Source of the DNA: Nitrospira sp.
Lineage (GTDB): Bacteria > Nitrospirota > Nitrospiria > Nitrospirales > Nitrospiraceae
DNA length: 64,000 bases
Direction of reading: 5' to 3'
Assembly (NCBI GenBank): GCA_024330925.1
Contig: JANDJK010000003.1
Location: 2,075-66,074 of the forward strand
Shown here: positions 51,552 through 60,675 of the stretch, piece by piece
How the letters are laid out: every line of letters begins with the position of its first letter
How positions within the stretch are numbered: position 1 is the first letter of the stretch
The notes under the pieces: generated by a model
What the model was told of the DNA's origin: nothing
The model's database searches: none
What the model saw: the letters and a program-made list of their open reading frames with translations, nothing else
Made by a program: the position numbers and the translations under genes

Positions 51552-53594
51552 TTAACAACAACCAGTCCCGGACGGCAGCTTCAATTTCCATCCGGTATCA
51601 TGCTCATCATCAGCACTCACCACAATCTCCCTGCGTCCTCTTGAGCTGCTTCCAGCAGTCACGATCACCTCACTCGATACAAACGGCCTTTTAAGGATCA
51701 CGTAGCCATACCACTGTTTGACACTATCGCTCAGGACAATGATCCCCAACAGCGCCACCACCGCCACCAGAATGGCATCAAGATACAACGCCAGTGCCTG
51801 CCCTGCCCCGGCCATCGATGCTTGGTCAAGAAACATGCCAAACATCTTGTAAGAACTGCTCAACGTAATCGTTGCAACGAGCAGCATGGGTAGCGCCGTC
51901 ACCCATACATAGGGCGATTTGCGCATTTTGATCAAAACAGTGGTTCCCACACACAGCGCTAACATGCCCAATAATTGATTAGCCGCTCCAAACATCGGCC
52001 AAATCGTCGTAATACTACCCGTGCCGATCAGATAACCCCACGCTCCCACCACCACACCGCTGCTGATCCATACCCCTGGCCACCAATTGATTTGCCGAAA
52101 GAAAGCAATATGGCGTCCGATCATCTCCTGAACGAGATACCGAGCAACCCGAGTGCCCGTATCAATTGTGGTCAAAATGAATAACGCCTCAAAGACCAGG
52201 GCGAATTGATACCAATAGGCCATCCATCCAGTCATGCCCGGCAACGCCGTGAAGATCGAGGCCATCCCCACAGCCAGCGATACCGCCCCACCTGGTCGGC
52301 CCGACACATCAACCTCAACCAATTGCGACAACTCAGTAAGACGAGCAGGGGCGAAGCCCATGGCAGCTAAGGTGTCGTGGCTCAACGTCGTGTTAATAGC
52401 CAGATAGTCTCCGGGGATCAACACCGAGGCTGCGATCAACGCCATCACACCGACGAAACTCTCCAGGAGCATCGCCGCGTAGCCTACTACCGCCTGTGAT
52501 TCCAGCTCGATCATCTTGGGTGTTGTCCCCGACGACACCAACGAATGGAACCCTGAAATTGCCCCACATGCGATCGTGATAAACAAAAAGGGAAAGAGGG
52601 TACCGGGGATAATCGGACCGCCACCGGCCGCAAACTGTGTCACCCGCGGCATTTCAATAGTTGGAGCCATGACGATGACTCCTACACCAAGCAACACCAC
52701 CACCCCCAATTTCATGAAGGTCGAGAGGTACCCTCGCGGAACCAACAACATCCAGCCCGGCAGCACCGACGCCAGAAAACCGTAACCAGCCAACAACCAC
52801 ACCAGCGTCGGCCGGTCGAATTCAAACAACCAGGCGTACGAGGACTGGGCAACCACTCGACCGAACAAGACTGCCGTGATCAGCAACAGCACGCCAATCG
52901 CCGAGACTTCTCCCACCGCACCAGGGCGAACCCGTTGCAGATAAAAGCCCATCGTCACGCCGATAGGAATCGTCATCGCAATGGTGAAGGTGCCCCAAGC
53001 ATTGTGATAGAGCGCATTCACCACGGCAAAGCCCAGTCCCGCCAGTGCCACCACCACAATAAACAACACCGCCACGGCCGTCGCCGTCCCCGTGATCGAG
53101 CCGAGCTCGTCGTGGGCAATTTCCGGCAGTGAGCGCCCATTGCGCCTCATGGACGCGACCAGGATGATAAAGTCCTGAACCGCACCAGCTATCACTGCAC
53201 CAATGACAAGCCACAGAAACCCCGGCAGAAATCCGAATTGTGCTGCCAGCACAGGACCAAGCAACGGCCCAGCTCCGGCAATCGCCGCGAAGTGGTGACC
53301 AAACAGCACTACCCGGTTGGTGGGATGAAAATTGACGCCGTCGTTGAGCCGCACTGCCGGCGTGATGTGCCGATTGTTCAACTCCACAACCCGGCGCGCC
53401 AACCAGCGACCATAAAATCGATACGCGAGCACGTAGATACAAGCTGCGGCCACAACCAGCCAGAGGCCATTGACTTTTTCATCGCGGTTGACGGCTCCCG
53501 TCACAAAGGCTAAGGCCACAGCCCCGAGAACCGCCACCCCTACCCACAGTCCATGCCACACCACAGTCATGCGCGACATCCTATCATAAGTCAT
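51552..53594 (-). CDS. cstA: Carbon starvation protein A (peptide/pyruvate transporter family)
   Basis: TPAVRLNDGVNF, FGHHFAAIAGAGPLLGP, ACGAISGFHS, WPMFGAANQLL. Confidence 0.96.
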   Translation of the reverse strand: MTYDRMSRMTVVWHGLWVGVAVLGAVALAFVTGAVNRDEKVNGLWLVVAAACIYVLAYRFYGRWLARRVVELNNRHITPAVRLNDGVNFHPTNRVVLFGHHFAAIAGAGPLLGPVLAAQFGFLPGFLWLVIGAVIAGAVQDFIILVASMRRNGRSLPEIAHDELGSITGTATAVAVLFIVVVALAGLGFAVVNALYHNAWGTFTIAMTIPIGVTMGFYLQRVRPGAVGEVSAIGVLLLITAVLFGRVVAQSSYAWLFEFDRPTLVWLLAGYGFLASVLPGWMLLVPRGYLSTFMKLGVVVLLGVGVIVMAPTIEMPRVTQFAAGGGPIIPGTLFPFLFITIACGAISGFHSLVSSGTTPKMIELESQAVVGYAAMLLESFVGVMALIAASVLIPGDYLAINTTLSHDTLAAMGFAPARLTELSQLVEVDVSGRPGGAVSLAVGMASIFTALPGMTGWMAYWYQFALVFEALFILTTIDTGTRVARYLVQEMIGRHIAFFRQINWWPGVWISSGVVVGAWGYLIGTGSITTIWPMFGAANQLLGMLALCVGTTVLIKMRKSPYVWVTALPMLLVATITLSSSYKMFGMFLDQASMAGAGQALALYLDAILVAVVALLGIIVLSDSVKQWYGYVILKRPFVSSEVIVTAGSSSRGRREIVVSADDEHDTGWKLKLPSGTGCC

Positions 53595-53687
53595 AAGCTA
53601 GGTCAGACACCGGCTGGTGCAGGAAAGACGACGCGGGGAGGGGTCAATCCTCTCCCCGTGCATTGATTGACTGGTGACACGTGAGAT

Positions 53688-53852
53688 TCATGCAGCGTTG
53701 GGAAGCGACTCAATGTCCATTTGATGCACTTGCTGAGGCGATTGGATCTGAGCCGGCGACTCGGAGACGGACAAGGTCGAGAGTCCCATCGCGAGCACCG
53801 CGATCACTCCCGTGACCACCAGTCCGGCATCAATAACCGAGCTCCAATCCAT
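53688..53852 (-). CDS. Small single-TM protein, 54 aa (below the ORF-track length cut-off)
   Basis: MDWSSVIDAGLVVTGVIAVLAMGLSTLSVSESPAQIQSPQQVHQMDIESLPNAA; SD AAAGGAGGTGAT at 53861-53872. Confidence 0.7.
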   Translation of the reverse strand: MDWSSVIDAGLVVTGVIAVLAMGLSTLSVSESPAQIQSPQQVHQMDIESLPNAA

Positions 53853-53905
53853 CTTGTCTGATCACCTCCTTTCTCCATTAAATAAAGAGAGGTCGATGTA
53901 CCGAC

Positions 53906-54115
53906 CTAAAACAAGCCGAGCGACAGCGAAGACGAATCGTTTTTCATCGCACACTCTGCGGTGGACGGCCGGTGACGTTCACTCCCGTTCCGCCACAGAC
54001 TGCCGACTCTGCTCCACAGGCTGGAACCTCGTCGCCCGCCGGTCTCTCCTGATTGTTCCGATTCGTTGTCGCCGTTCTCTTTTCGCCATCGCCGCCACAA
54101 TGCGTCGTATCTCAT
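53906..54115 (-). CDS. Possible small hypothetical protein, 69 aa
   Basis: SD AAAAGGAGG precedes ATG 54115. The sequence is low-complexity and unrecognised. Confidence 0.35.
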   Translation of the reverse strand: MRYDALWRRWRKENGDNESEQSGETGGRRGSSLWSRVGSLWRNGSERHRPSTAECAMKNDSSSLSLGLF

Positions 54116-54243
54116 CCGTGCCCTCCTTTTCTTGCTAGTTCTTGCTGGGCTGATGCTAATTCGCCTCCTCCTTTCATGGGTCTAGGAGACGAGCGGGGCG
54201 CGGAAAAACCGCCCCCGGTCCGCCCCTGGCGCTCTCAGCCCCC

Positions 54244-54681
54244 TTATGAGCTCTGAATCGCAATTTGCCGTGGTTTCGCTTCCTCTTTCTTCGGAAACAT
54301 GACGGTCAACAGCCCCTGCTTCTGCGTGGCAGAAACCTTGTCCTCATCGACAAAATCCGGTACACGGAAGAATCGCGCAAACCGTCCCTCCGAAATCTCA
54401 TGCAGATGGTACCGCCGCTCATCGGACGGTTGAGCACTTCGTTCGCCCTTAATGGTTAGCACGTGATCGTTCATTTCCAACACAATGTCCGTTGGTTCCC
54501 ACCCCGGCACTGCCATTTGGATATAGAACCCGTTGTCGTCTTCCCAGACATTACAGGCGGGAGTCCACATGCTCTCGGACACGCTAAAGGCTCGCAACGC
54601 CTCGCCAAACAACTGATCAATTTGTCGCTCAAAGTCATCGGTTCGAACAGAAGCAATCACGCTTGGAACATAGGTGGTCAT
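54244..54681 (-). CDS. Small heat-shock protein (Hsp20/alpha-crystallin)
   Basis: PACNVWE, VPGWEPTDI, LTIKGER, FARFFRVP, GLLTVMFPK, IAI C-terminal motif; SD AAAGGAGG. Confidence 0.95.
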   Translation of the reverse strand: MTTYVPSVIASVRTDDFERQIDQLFGEALRAFSVSESMWTPACNVWEDDNGFYIQMAVPGWEPTDIVLEMNDHVLTIKGERSAQPSDERRYHLHEISEGRFARFFRVPDFVDEDKVSATQKQGLLTVMFPKKEEAKPRQIAIQSS

Positions 54682-54895
54682 TGCAATCCCTCCTTTCACA
54701 GCATGTTGGTAAGGATGTCGTCCAGAGGAAGGGAGATCAACTCAAACGGAAGGAACTGTTGCCGCCGCTACTCCGCCAGAGTTGGAATCGTTCCCTATCC
54801 ACCTGGTTAAGTATCAGCAACGGCATTCAGATAAATGCAGCAGCGGAAAAGTCAAGAGGAGGAGAGAAGGGCGATCCCTGCCATCATGACCATCG

Positions 54896-55927
54896 CTACC
54901 CGCGGAAACTTCTTTCGTTTAGCTCCCGCTGGATGTTCCTCTTGTCTAGCAGCACGAGACACAGAAGACCGATACCAATCCACACCAACTCGCGAAAGCG
55001 CCGCAGCAGAGCAAACGTCAAGCCGGTGACCTCGCTGTAGCCAAATGTTTTCAACAGAAGCACGTTGCCTCCATCCTGCGCACCGAGGCTGCCAGGAATG
55101 AAAAACGAACCGCCCTTGATGAACACAGCGAGCGCCCCAATGGAAAACGCCGACAAGACAGTTGTTGGTCCCCCCAGGTAATGGAGAATCACAAAGACCT
55201 CCAACGCTTCTGCCATCCACCCGAGAAAATAGATACCGATCGAAGCATAAAACGCCCCTTGGCGGTGATGGTAAAATTGGAGAATCGTTCGGTCAATGGC
55301 TCGCAGATCCTCTTCCCGCGATTCCAGAAACGCCACGCGCAAACGAAGCGCCTTGGCCACAGCCAACATCGAGGCAAATAGCCCTCGGCGCTGCACAAAC
55401 ACGAACGCCCCAATGGAGCAGACTAAGAGTCCCACACTAAGCACCGCTGCTGTCACCGTGGATCCCCCCGAGCTGCCCGCACCGAGCAAAATGAATCCGA
55501 GAGCCATTCCCAGCAGGATGTAACCAACCTCAGCAATAGTCATGGTGGTCTTCGCAATCACCACCGAGGCGCCTCCCTCTTCAACCGGCACGCGATATTG
55601 TTTAAGAAGATAAGCTTTAAGCGGCTCGCCGCCCAAATAGGCCGTGGGGGTCGTCATATTCACAACCTCGCCAGCCATTCGAATGGTCAGAAGCCGCCAG
55701 AATGGTACCCCTCGTCCAGCGGGCCCCAGCACCACACGCCACCCATATGCTTCAACGACATACATCAGAACAGAAGGACACAACATCACAACGAGAGCGC
55801 CCGGCCCTAACCGAGCAGTGGTCTCGTAGATGTTCGTAGGACCGATGTGCCAAATAAGAAGACCGAGAACAGCAAGACCAAACGCCAGGAGGAAATAACG
55901 GACCACGTGAGATTCACACAGGACCAT
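54896..55927 (-). CDS. Lysylphosphatidylglycerol-synthase TM / UPF0104 flippase-like membrane protein
   Basis: About 8 TM segments; NMTTPTAYLGGEP, FFIPGSLGAQDGG, LLRRFRE; start may be GTG 55906. Confidence 0.85.
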   Translation of the reverse strand: MVLCESHVVRYFLLAFGLAVLGLLIWHIGPTNIYETTARLGPGALVVMLCPSVLMYVVEAYGWRVVLGPAGRGVPFWRLLTIRMAGEVVNMTTPTAYLGGEPLKAYLLKQYRVPVEEGGASVVIAKTTMTIAEVGYILLGMALGFILLGAGSSGGSTVTAAVLSVGLLVCSIGAFVFVQRRGLFASMLAVAKALRLRVAFLESREEDLRAIDRTILQFYHHRQGAFYASIGIYFLGWMAEALEVFVILHYLGGPTTVLSAFSIGALAVFIKGGSFFIPGSLGAQDGGNVLLLKTFGYSEVTGLTFALLRRFRELVWIGIGLLCLVLLDKRNIQRELNERSFRG

Positions 55928-57371
55928 TGGGCGGTGTCACGGCGGAGGGGCGAATCACCCATGCCATGACCGCGGCAAAGAGAAGGGACCCCACTGCCGC
56001 ACAGCTAAGAAACCAGTCCAGTTTGGCCAATATCGCAAACAACAGCAGCATTAGGGAGAAATCACGGCTAGCGACATTCTTGAGCATGAAATCCGCCCAT
56101 GCCGCGCCGGCCGCTGTTTTCCACCGATTTGCCGCCTTGATTTTTCGCGCCTGCTCCACCAGGAGAAACGATAACCCATTACCCAAGACGGTCACCCCTC
56201 CTAGCGCCAACCAGCCCCAGGCACCCGGTTCCCCCATTCGCACCGTATACAGGCCGATGGCAATGCCCGTAAAAATAGCCATATGCACCAGATTGTCGAG
56301 AAAAAGATCGAGCCAGGCGCCAAACGGCGATTCCGCGAATGTCAACCGCGCTACCTCCCCATCGCAACAATCGATCACGGCCGCCAATTGAAACAGCAAG
56401 GCCGCGACAACCCCGGCTGCATAGGTTCCTATTGAAAATCCCACTGCAGCCGTGAAGCCGATCAAGGAGGCAACCACCGTAATCACATTGGGGGACCATC
56501 CGGCCCTGAGAAAAAGCCGTGTGAACCATCGAGAGAGCTTCCGGTTGAAGTATCGATCCACAAATCCTTCAGCATCTGCCCTCAAAGAGTGGAACAGTTT
56601 GCGCTCAGCGAGCGGCAGATCAGATGGAACTGTGACCTCTTGGTACCATAACCCTTGTTTGTCGGTCGCCTCGACGACCCGAACGTTGCCGTCGCCCCCC
56701 ACCAGTTCCAGCCAACGACGGATCGGAAGCCGCCCTAGTTCCATGCCGCCATCTCTCGAAGCACTCGTCAACAGAGCTGCTGGTAACACCACCATAGCAG
56801 CCGCTAGGGGCGCGGTATGATCGCCAGGCGGGGGTGCCCAGGCGGTCAACCGCTTACCACAGACTTGCAACCGGACTCCACTTTTGACTGATCCCCGGTT
56901 CCCCATCGTCGACGATCGAGACAACGGCCGCGCCACAACAATCGCCTTGCCATGCCGAGATTCCCGCCTGAGGTGCTCGATCAGATGAGGCGAGAAAATG
57001 GCATTCGCGCTCAACAGCAGGACGCAATCGCCAACCTCGGCGCCCAAAAATTCCCATGTTCTCGGATCATCGAGGGGAAATTCTCGGATCGGCATCCATC
57101 GGACAGGAATCGACACACGCGGGCCGCTGCTTAAGGCCTGCTTCAAATGCTCCTCTTCGGGACCGGTCAACACAATCAGTTGGCGAATACCACCCCGCTG
57201 CAACGTCAGAACCGCTCGCTGAAACAGACTGATGCCCACCACCGACGCCAGAGGGTCAACCTCTCCCGGCCGAACAGTGATGGAATCACCCAGCAAATCA
57301 ACCGACGGAAAAAGCACAGCCGTTACCAAGCCCCGAATACCAATCCGTTTTTGCACCAGACTCTCGTTCAT
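55914..57371 (-). CDS. NTP-transferase-like domain fused to CDP-alcohol phosphotransferase
   Basis: C-terminal signature DCCDGEVAR-x8-G-x3-D-x3-D. DRYFNRKLS...SPNVIT as in DIPP-synthase-like enzymes. Degenerate N-terminal GT-A/NTP-transferase fold (VVGISLFQRAVLTLQRGGIRQLIV). Confidence 0.85.
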   Translation of the reverse strand: MNESLVQKRIGIRGLVTAVLFPSVDLLGDSITVRPGEVDPLASVVGISLFQRAVLTLQRGGIRQLIVLTGPEEEHLKQALSSGPRVSIPVRWMPIREFPLDDPRTWEFLGAEVGDCVLLLSANAIFSPHLIEHLRRESRHGKAIVVARPLSRSSTMGNRGSVKSGVRLQVCGKRLTAWAPPPGDHTAPLAAAMVVLPAALLTSASRDGGMELGRLPIRRWLELVGGDGNVRVVEATDKQGLWYQEVTVPSDLPLAERKLFHSLRADAEGFVDRYFNRKLSRWFTRLFLRAGWSPNVITVVASLIGFTAAVGFSIGTYAAGVVAALLFQLAAVIDCCDGEVARLTFAESPFGAWLDLFLDNLVHMAIFTGIAIGLYTVRMGEPGAWGWLALGGVTVLGNGLSFLLVEQARKIKAANRWKTAAGAAWADFMLKNVASRDFSLMLLLFAILAKLDWFLSCAAVGSLLFAAVMAWVIRPSAVTPPNGPV

Positions 57372-57423
57372 TGAATCACCAGGCCAGTCGGTCGTACTCT
57401 TGCAAGGTGATGGCCTTTCCCCT

Positions 57424-58143
57424 TCATAATTTGGGCAATACGTCGCGTTCGGCCTTTTTCACATCCTCCGGAAAATCGATCTCCGTCCAGGGCAACCCAC
57501 CGATCCGTTCATAGCCAACACGGACAGTTTGAAAAAAGGGGTGCAAGGCATCCTCGTATTCCATGCCCCAAGCCCCTTGATCAACAAACGACTGCAGGGC
57601 AGCAATCATATGAGGGGTATCGGCCCGGCGCACACGAAGAAACCCCACACCTTCCCCGGCTACATCGTACCGTTCGGGCAAACGTTTCGATAGAGCAATC
57701 ACTCGCTCACCCGCCACGGCTACCATACATTCTTCACCTGTCTGCACCACCGTTTCATCCATCAAGAGCGCGTTGGGATGAGACGATTCAACCAACCGCT
57801 TAAGAATCAGCCGGTGAAACAAGACATCGGCATCCATCACAATTACATCGTCATCCAGTGCCTCGCGGGCAACCCACAGCGAAGAGATACTGCCGCGATG
57901 GAACCCCTCGTTCACCAGAAAATTCACTGCGACGCCACAGTGATGCTGCCGAACCGCCTCACGGATCATCTCCTGCTTATATCCCACCACGATGTCGGCT
58001 CGCCTAATTCCGAGCCAGGCCAACGTCTCCAAAGAGCGATGCAGGAGCGAACGTCCCCCAAATTCGATTAAGCATTTGGGACGGTGTTGCGTGATGGGCC
58101 ACAACCGTTTGCCGACACCGGCCGCAAGGATGACGGCTTTCAT
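57424..58143 (-). CDS. Phosphocholine/phosphonate cytidylyltransferase (LicC/PntC family)
   Basis: MKAVILAAGVGKRL, RPKCL, MDADV, WTEIDFPED; ATGA-coupled to the transaminase. Confidence 0.9.
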   Translation of the reverse strand: MKAVILAAGVGKRLWPITQHRPKCLIEFGGRSLLHRSLETLAWLGIRRADIVVGYKQEMIREAVRQHHCGVAVNFLVNEGFHRGSISSLWVAREALDDDVIVMDADVLFHRLILKRLVESSHPNALLMDETVVQTGEECMVAVAGERVIALSKRLPERYDVAGEGVGFLRVRRADTPHMIAALQSFVDQGAWGMEYEDALHPFFQTVRVGYERIGGLPWTEIDFPEDVKKAERDVLPKL

Positions 58144-59222
58144 GCGCCTCCACACACGTGCTCGAAGGCATCAAGAAATCCGGTCACCTGTGTTTCGGTC
58201 AGCACGCCCATGTTCGCCACACGGAAAATCCGGTTCTCCAGGTTGCCCTGCCCAGCATAGATCACATACCCTTCAGCCTTCAGCCGATCATGCAGGGTCT
58301 GATAGGAGAGGCCTTCTGGAAGATAGTACGCCGTGATCGTGTTCGACCGATGGTCCGGCGGGAGCACTGGCTTGACACCCAGCTTGGCCATGCGTTCGCG
58401 AATCAGAGCTGCCATTCGCTTATAACGCCGAATCCGGTTGGCCACCCCCTCTTCCAACAGTTCACTTAACGCCTCATCGAAGGCATAATACACCTGAACC
58501 GCGGGTGTAAACGGGATCGTTCCCCTCCCTTCCTCGTCAATGTAGTGGGTCAGATGAAGATACCACGAACGTTTGGGATACGACCTCATTCGCTCGACGA
58601 ACCCTTTGCGCACCAGCACAAACGACACACCAGGAAACCCCTGAATACACTTTCCCGCCGTGCCTGCCACCATGTAAATATGAGACCCGGCGATATCGAG
58701 GTCTTCACCAGCCAGGGCACTGACGGCGTCAAGGACAAAGACGCGGTTTTGATCGTCAACCACCTTAGCGATCTCCCGAACGGGATTGATCAACCCCGTC
58801 GTCGTTTCATGATGAACCATAGCAACGGCGTGCACCTCCTGGTGTTGCCGTAGTGCCAGCAACAGTTTGTCGGGGTCTGGTCGTTCTGTCCATCCATACT
58901 TCAACTCACTTACGCCTAACCGGTGGAGTCCCACAATCTGAGACATCCGTGCTCCATAGACACCATTGTTGATGATGAGCGCACGGCGGCCATGCGGCAG
59001 CGACGACATGAGAGCAGCCTCGACAGCGGCTGTTCCCGACCCCGTGATAACGACCGCAACATAGTCTGATTCCGCTCCCGGCACGAACGCCGCCAGCAGC
59101 TTGCGCTGAATACGGTGCAATAACTCCGTAAATTCCGATTCGCGATGACAGATATCAGGGCGCAACAGAGCCTGTCGCACCCGCTCGCTCACATTGACCG
59201 GCCCTGGATTGAGAAGAATCAT
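58140..59222 (-). CDS. 2-aminoethylphosphonate aminotransferase (PhnW/AepZ-like, class V PLP)
   Basis: LLNPGP, GSGTAAVE, NGVYGAR, HHETTTG..NP, TAGKCIQGFPG (PLP Lys), FTPAVQ, YVIYAGQ..FRVANMG. Confidence 0.9.
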   Translation of the reverse strand: MILLNPGPVNVSERVRQALLRPDICHRESEFTELLHRIQRKLLAAFVPGAESDYVAVVITGSGTAAVEAALMSSLPHGRRALIINNGVYGARMSQIVGLHRLGVSELKYGWTERPDPDKLLLALRQHQEVHAVAMVHHETTTGLINPVREIAKVVDDQNRVFVLDAVSALAGEDLDIAGSHIYMVAGTAGKCIQGFPGVSFVLVRKGFVERMRSYPKRSWYLHLTHYIDEEGRGTIPFTPAVQVYYAFDEALSELLEEGVANRIRRYKRMAALIRERMAKLGVKPVLPPDHRSNTITAYYLPEGLSYQTLHDRLKAEGYVIYAGQGNLENRIFRVANMGVLTETQVTGFLDAFEHVCGGA

Positions 59223-59318
59223 CCTCCTCCGTCGGCTTGCCCAGCTCGCGCAATTCACAGAGCGTCCGCCCCAGCCGCTTTCCTCCTCGTCAGGTGAGGC
59301 TCCCGCTCTTGCGATTCC

Positions 59319-59897
59319 TCATGCAATAGCGTGCATGAACCGTTTCGTCAGCTCCGGCGGATCAAGAGCTATCCGCTCCGCCTCTTCCTGAAACTCGTTG
59401 ACCTTGACCAATAACATGCTGGGACCGTTCTTGTTGAGCAGCTCTCGGAATTCGTAGACCATATCGTCTCGATCGAGCACCCGCACCGTATTGACGTAAC
59501 CCGCCGCCCTCGCCACTTGCTCCAGGGGAACCACATTGGAGATTGTCGGTTGATTGCCAGTGGAGCCATACACTTCATTATCAAAGACAACATGAATGAA
59601 ATTGCTGGGTTTCAACGCCCCCACCGTCGCCAACGTCCCCATCCCCATTAAGACATTGCCATCCCCATCAAACGTCACAACCTGTTTGTGCGGCTTGGCC
59701 AACGCCACTCCCAACGCAATGGCCGACGCATTACCCATGGACCCTATCATGTAAAAATGTGTGGGGCGATCAGCAATTTTCTGCACCTCACGTGCTGGAA
59801 AACCGTTGCAGACGATGAGGGGCTGATCCGTCAACAGCTCTAGCAACGCTTCGATAGCCTGCGCCCGGCTGACTAAGGTACCTTCCTCTGGCCTCAT
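59319..59897 (-). CDS. Phosphonopyruvate decarboxylase, beta (TPP-binding) subunit
   Basis: FYMIGSMG, DGDGNVLMGMG (GDG motif), DNEVYGSTGNQPT. Confidence 0.85.
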   Translation of the reverse strand: MRPEEGTLVSRAQAIEALLELLTDQPLIVCNGFPAREVQKIADRPTHFYMIGSMGNASAIALGVALAKPHKQVVTFDGDGNVLMGMGTLATVGALKPSNFIHVVFDNEVYGSTGNQPTISNVVPLEQVARAAGYVNTVRVLDRDDMVYEFRELLNKNGPSMLLVKVNEFQEEAERIALDPPELTKRFMHAIA

Positions 59898-60004
59898 GGC
59901 AACTTACCTCGTCCCTTCATCCCTACTGGACTGCTCTGCTTTACTGTTATTCGGCAATTGATGTGGTCCACGAGCATCTCCTCGGCTGAAAGGACCATCT
60001 TGCG

Positions 60005-60502
60005 TTACGGATGCAAGCCTTTGACCACACCCTTCGTAATGAGAAGAGCCACTGGTGTCAGTCTTGTCCGATAGGTGTCGGTCACCCACGCCAAGTCTTC
60101 CCGCATCGTGGCCTCTGTGAGCAAGCGGTGCGGAATGTTCACCGTATCCAGAAGACGGGGGAGCACTTCTCCCATGATGAGATGCTCCGGCGCATCTTTG
60201 CCCTCATACCCTCGCCATGACACAATTAAAATACAGGGCTGACGGTAAATCATGTTTAGTGACAACAGGGTATTAAGCGACGTTCCCAATCCCGAATTCT
60301 GCATGAGGACCGCCGGCATCTTTCCCCCCATATAGGCTCCGGCTGCCATTGCCACCGCCTCGTCCTCCCGCACGGCAGGAACGTACAGGCGCCGATTCAT
60401 TAATTCAGCAATGATGCCCCCGAGTATAGAATCGGGCACGCCCGTGAAAAAATTCACCCCTCTCTCTTGAAGCGACTGGACAAACACGTCGCTCTCGATC
60501 AT
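60005..60502 (-). CDS. Phosphonopyruvate decarboxylase, alpha subunit
   Basis: FFTGVPDS, REDEAVAMAAG, MQNSGLG, SWRGYEGKDAPEH..MG. Confidence 0.85.
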   Translation of the reverse strand: MIESDVFVQSLQERGVNFFTGVPDSILGGIIAELMNRRLYVPAVREDEAVAMAAGAYMGGKMPAVLMQNSGLGTSLNTLLSLNMIYRQPCILIVSWRGYEGKDAPEHLIMGEVLPRLLDTVNIPHRLLTEATMREDLAWVTDTYRTRLTPVALLITKGVVKGLHP

Positions 60503-60567
60503 CTCCCCTCCTCCATACTGGCCGTGGGCTCTGCCCCGTTCTCACATTCCGCAAGGACAAATGGCGC

Positions 60568-60596
60568 ATTATAGGCCAGCGCACCACCATTCTCAA
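60568..60596 (-). promoter_or_regulatory. Putative sigma70 promoter of the phosphonate operon
   Basis: TTGAGA-17-TATAAT; SD GGAGGAGG before ATG 60502. Confidence 0.65.
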
Positions 60597-60675
60597 GAAA
60601 CCGTCCCCGCCAAGGACCCCATTGCACCAACCCAGTGCCCGTGATAGGGTTTGCCCCCTGTCATAGGAGGGTAGC

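Noticed and set aside
54700-54895. CIRCE, sigma32 or sigma54 element upstream of hsp20
   Set aside because: No TTAGCACTC-N9-GAGTGCTAA. The CTTGAC...CATTTA spacing is too short for sigma32. No GG-N10-GC match.
58140-59222. Catabolic phnW role for the transaminase
   Set aside because: No phnX, phnA/phnY or phosphonate transporter nearby. The gene sits between the decarboxylase and the cytidylyltransferase, which fits biosynthesis.
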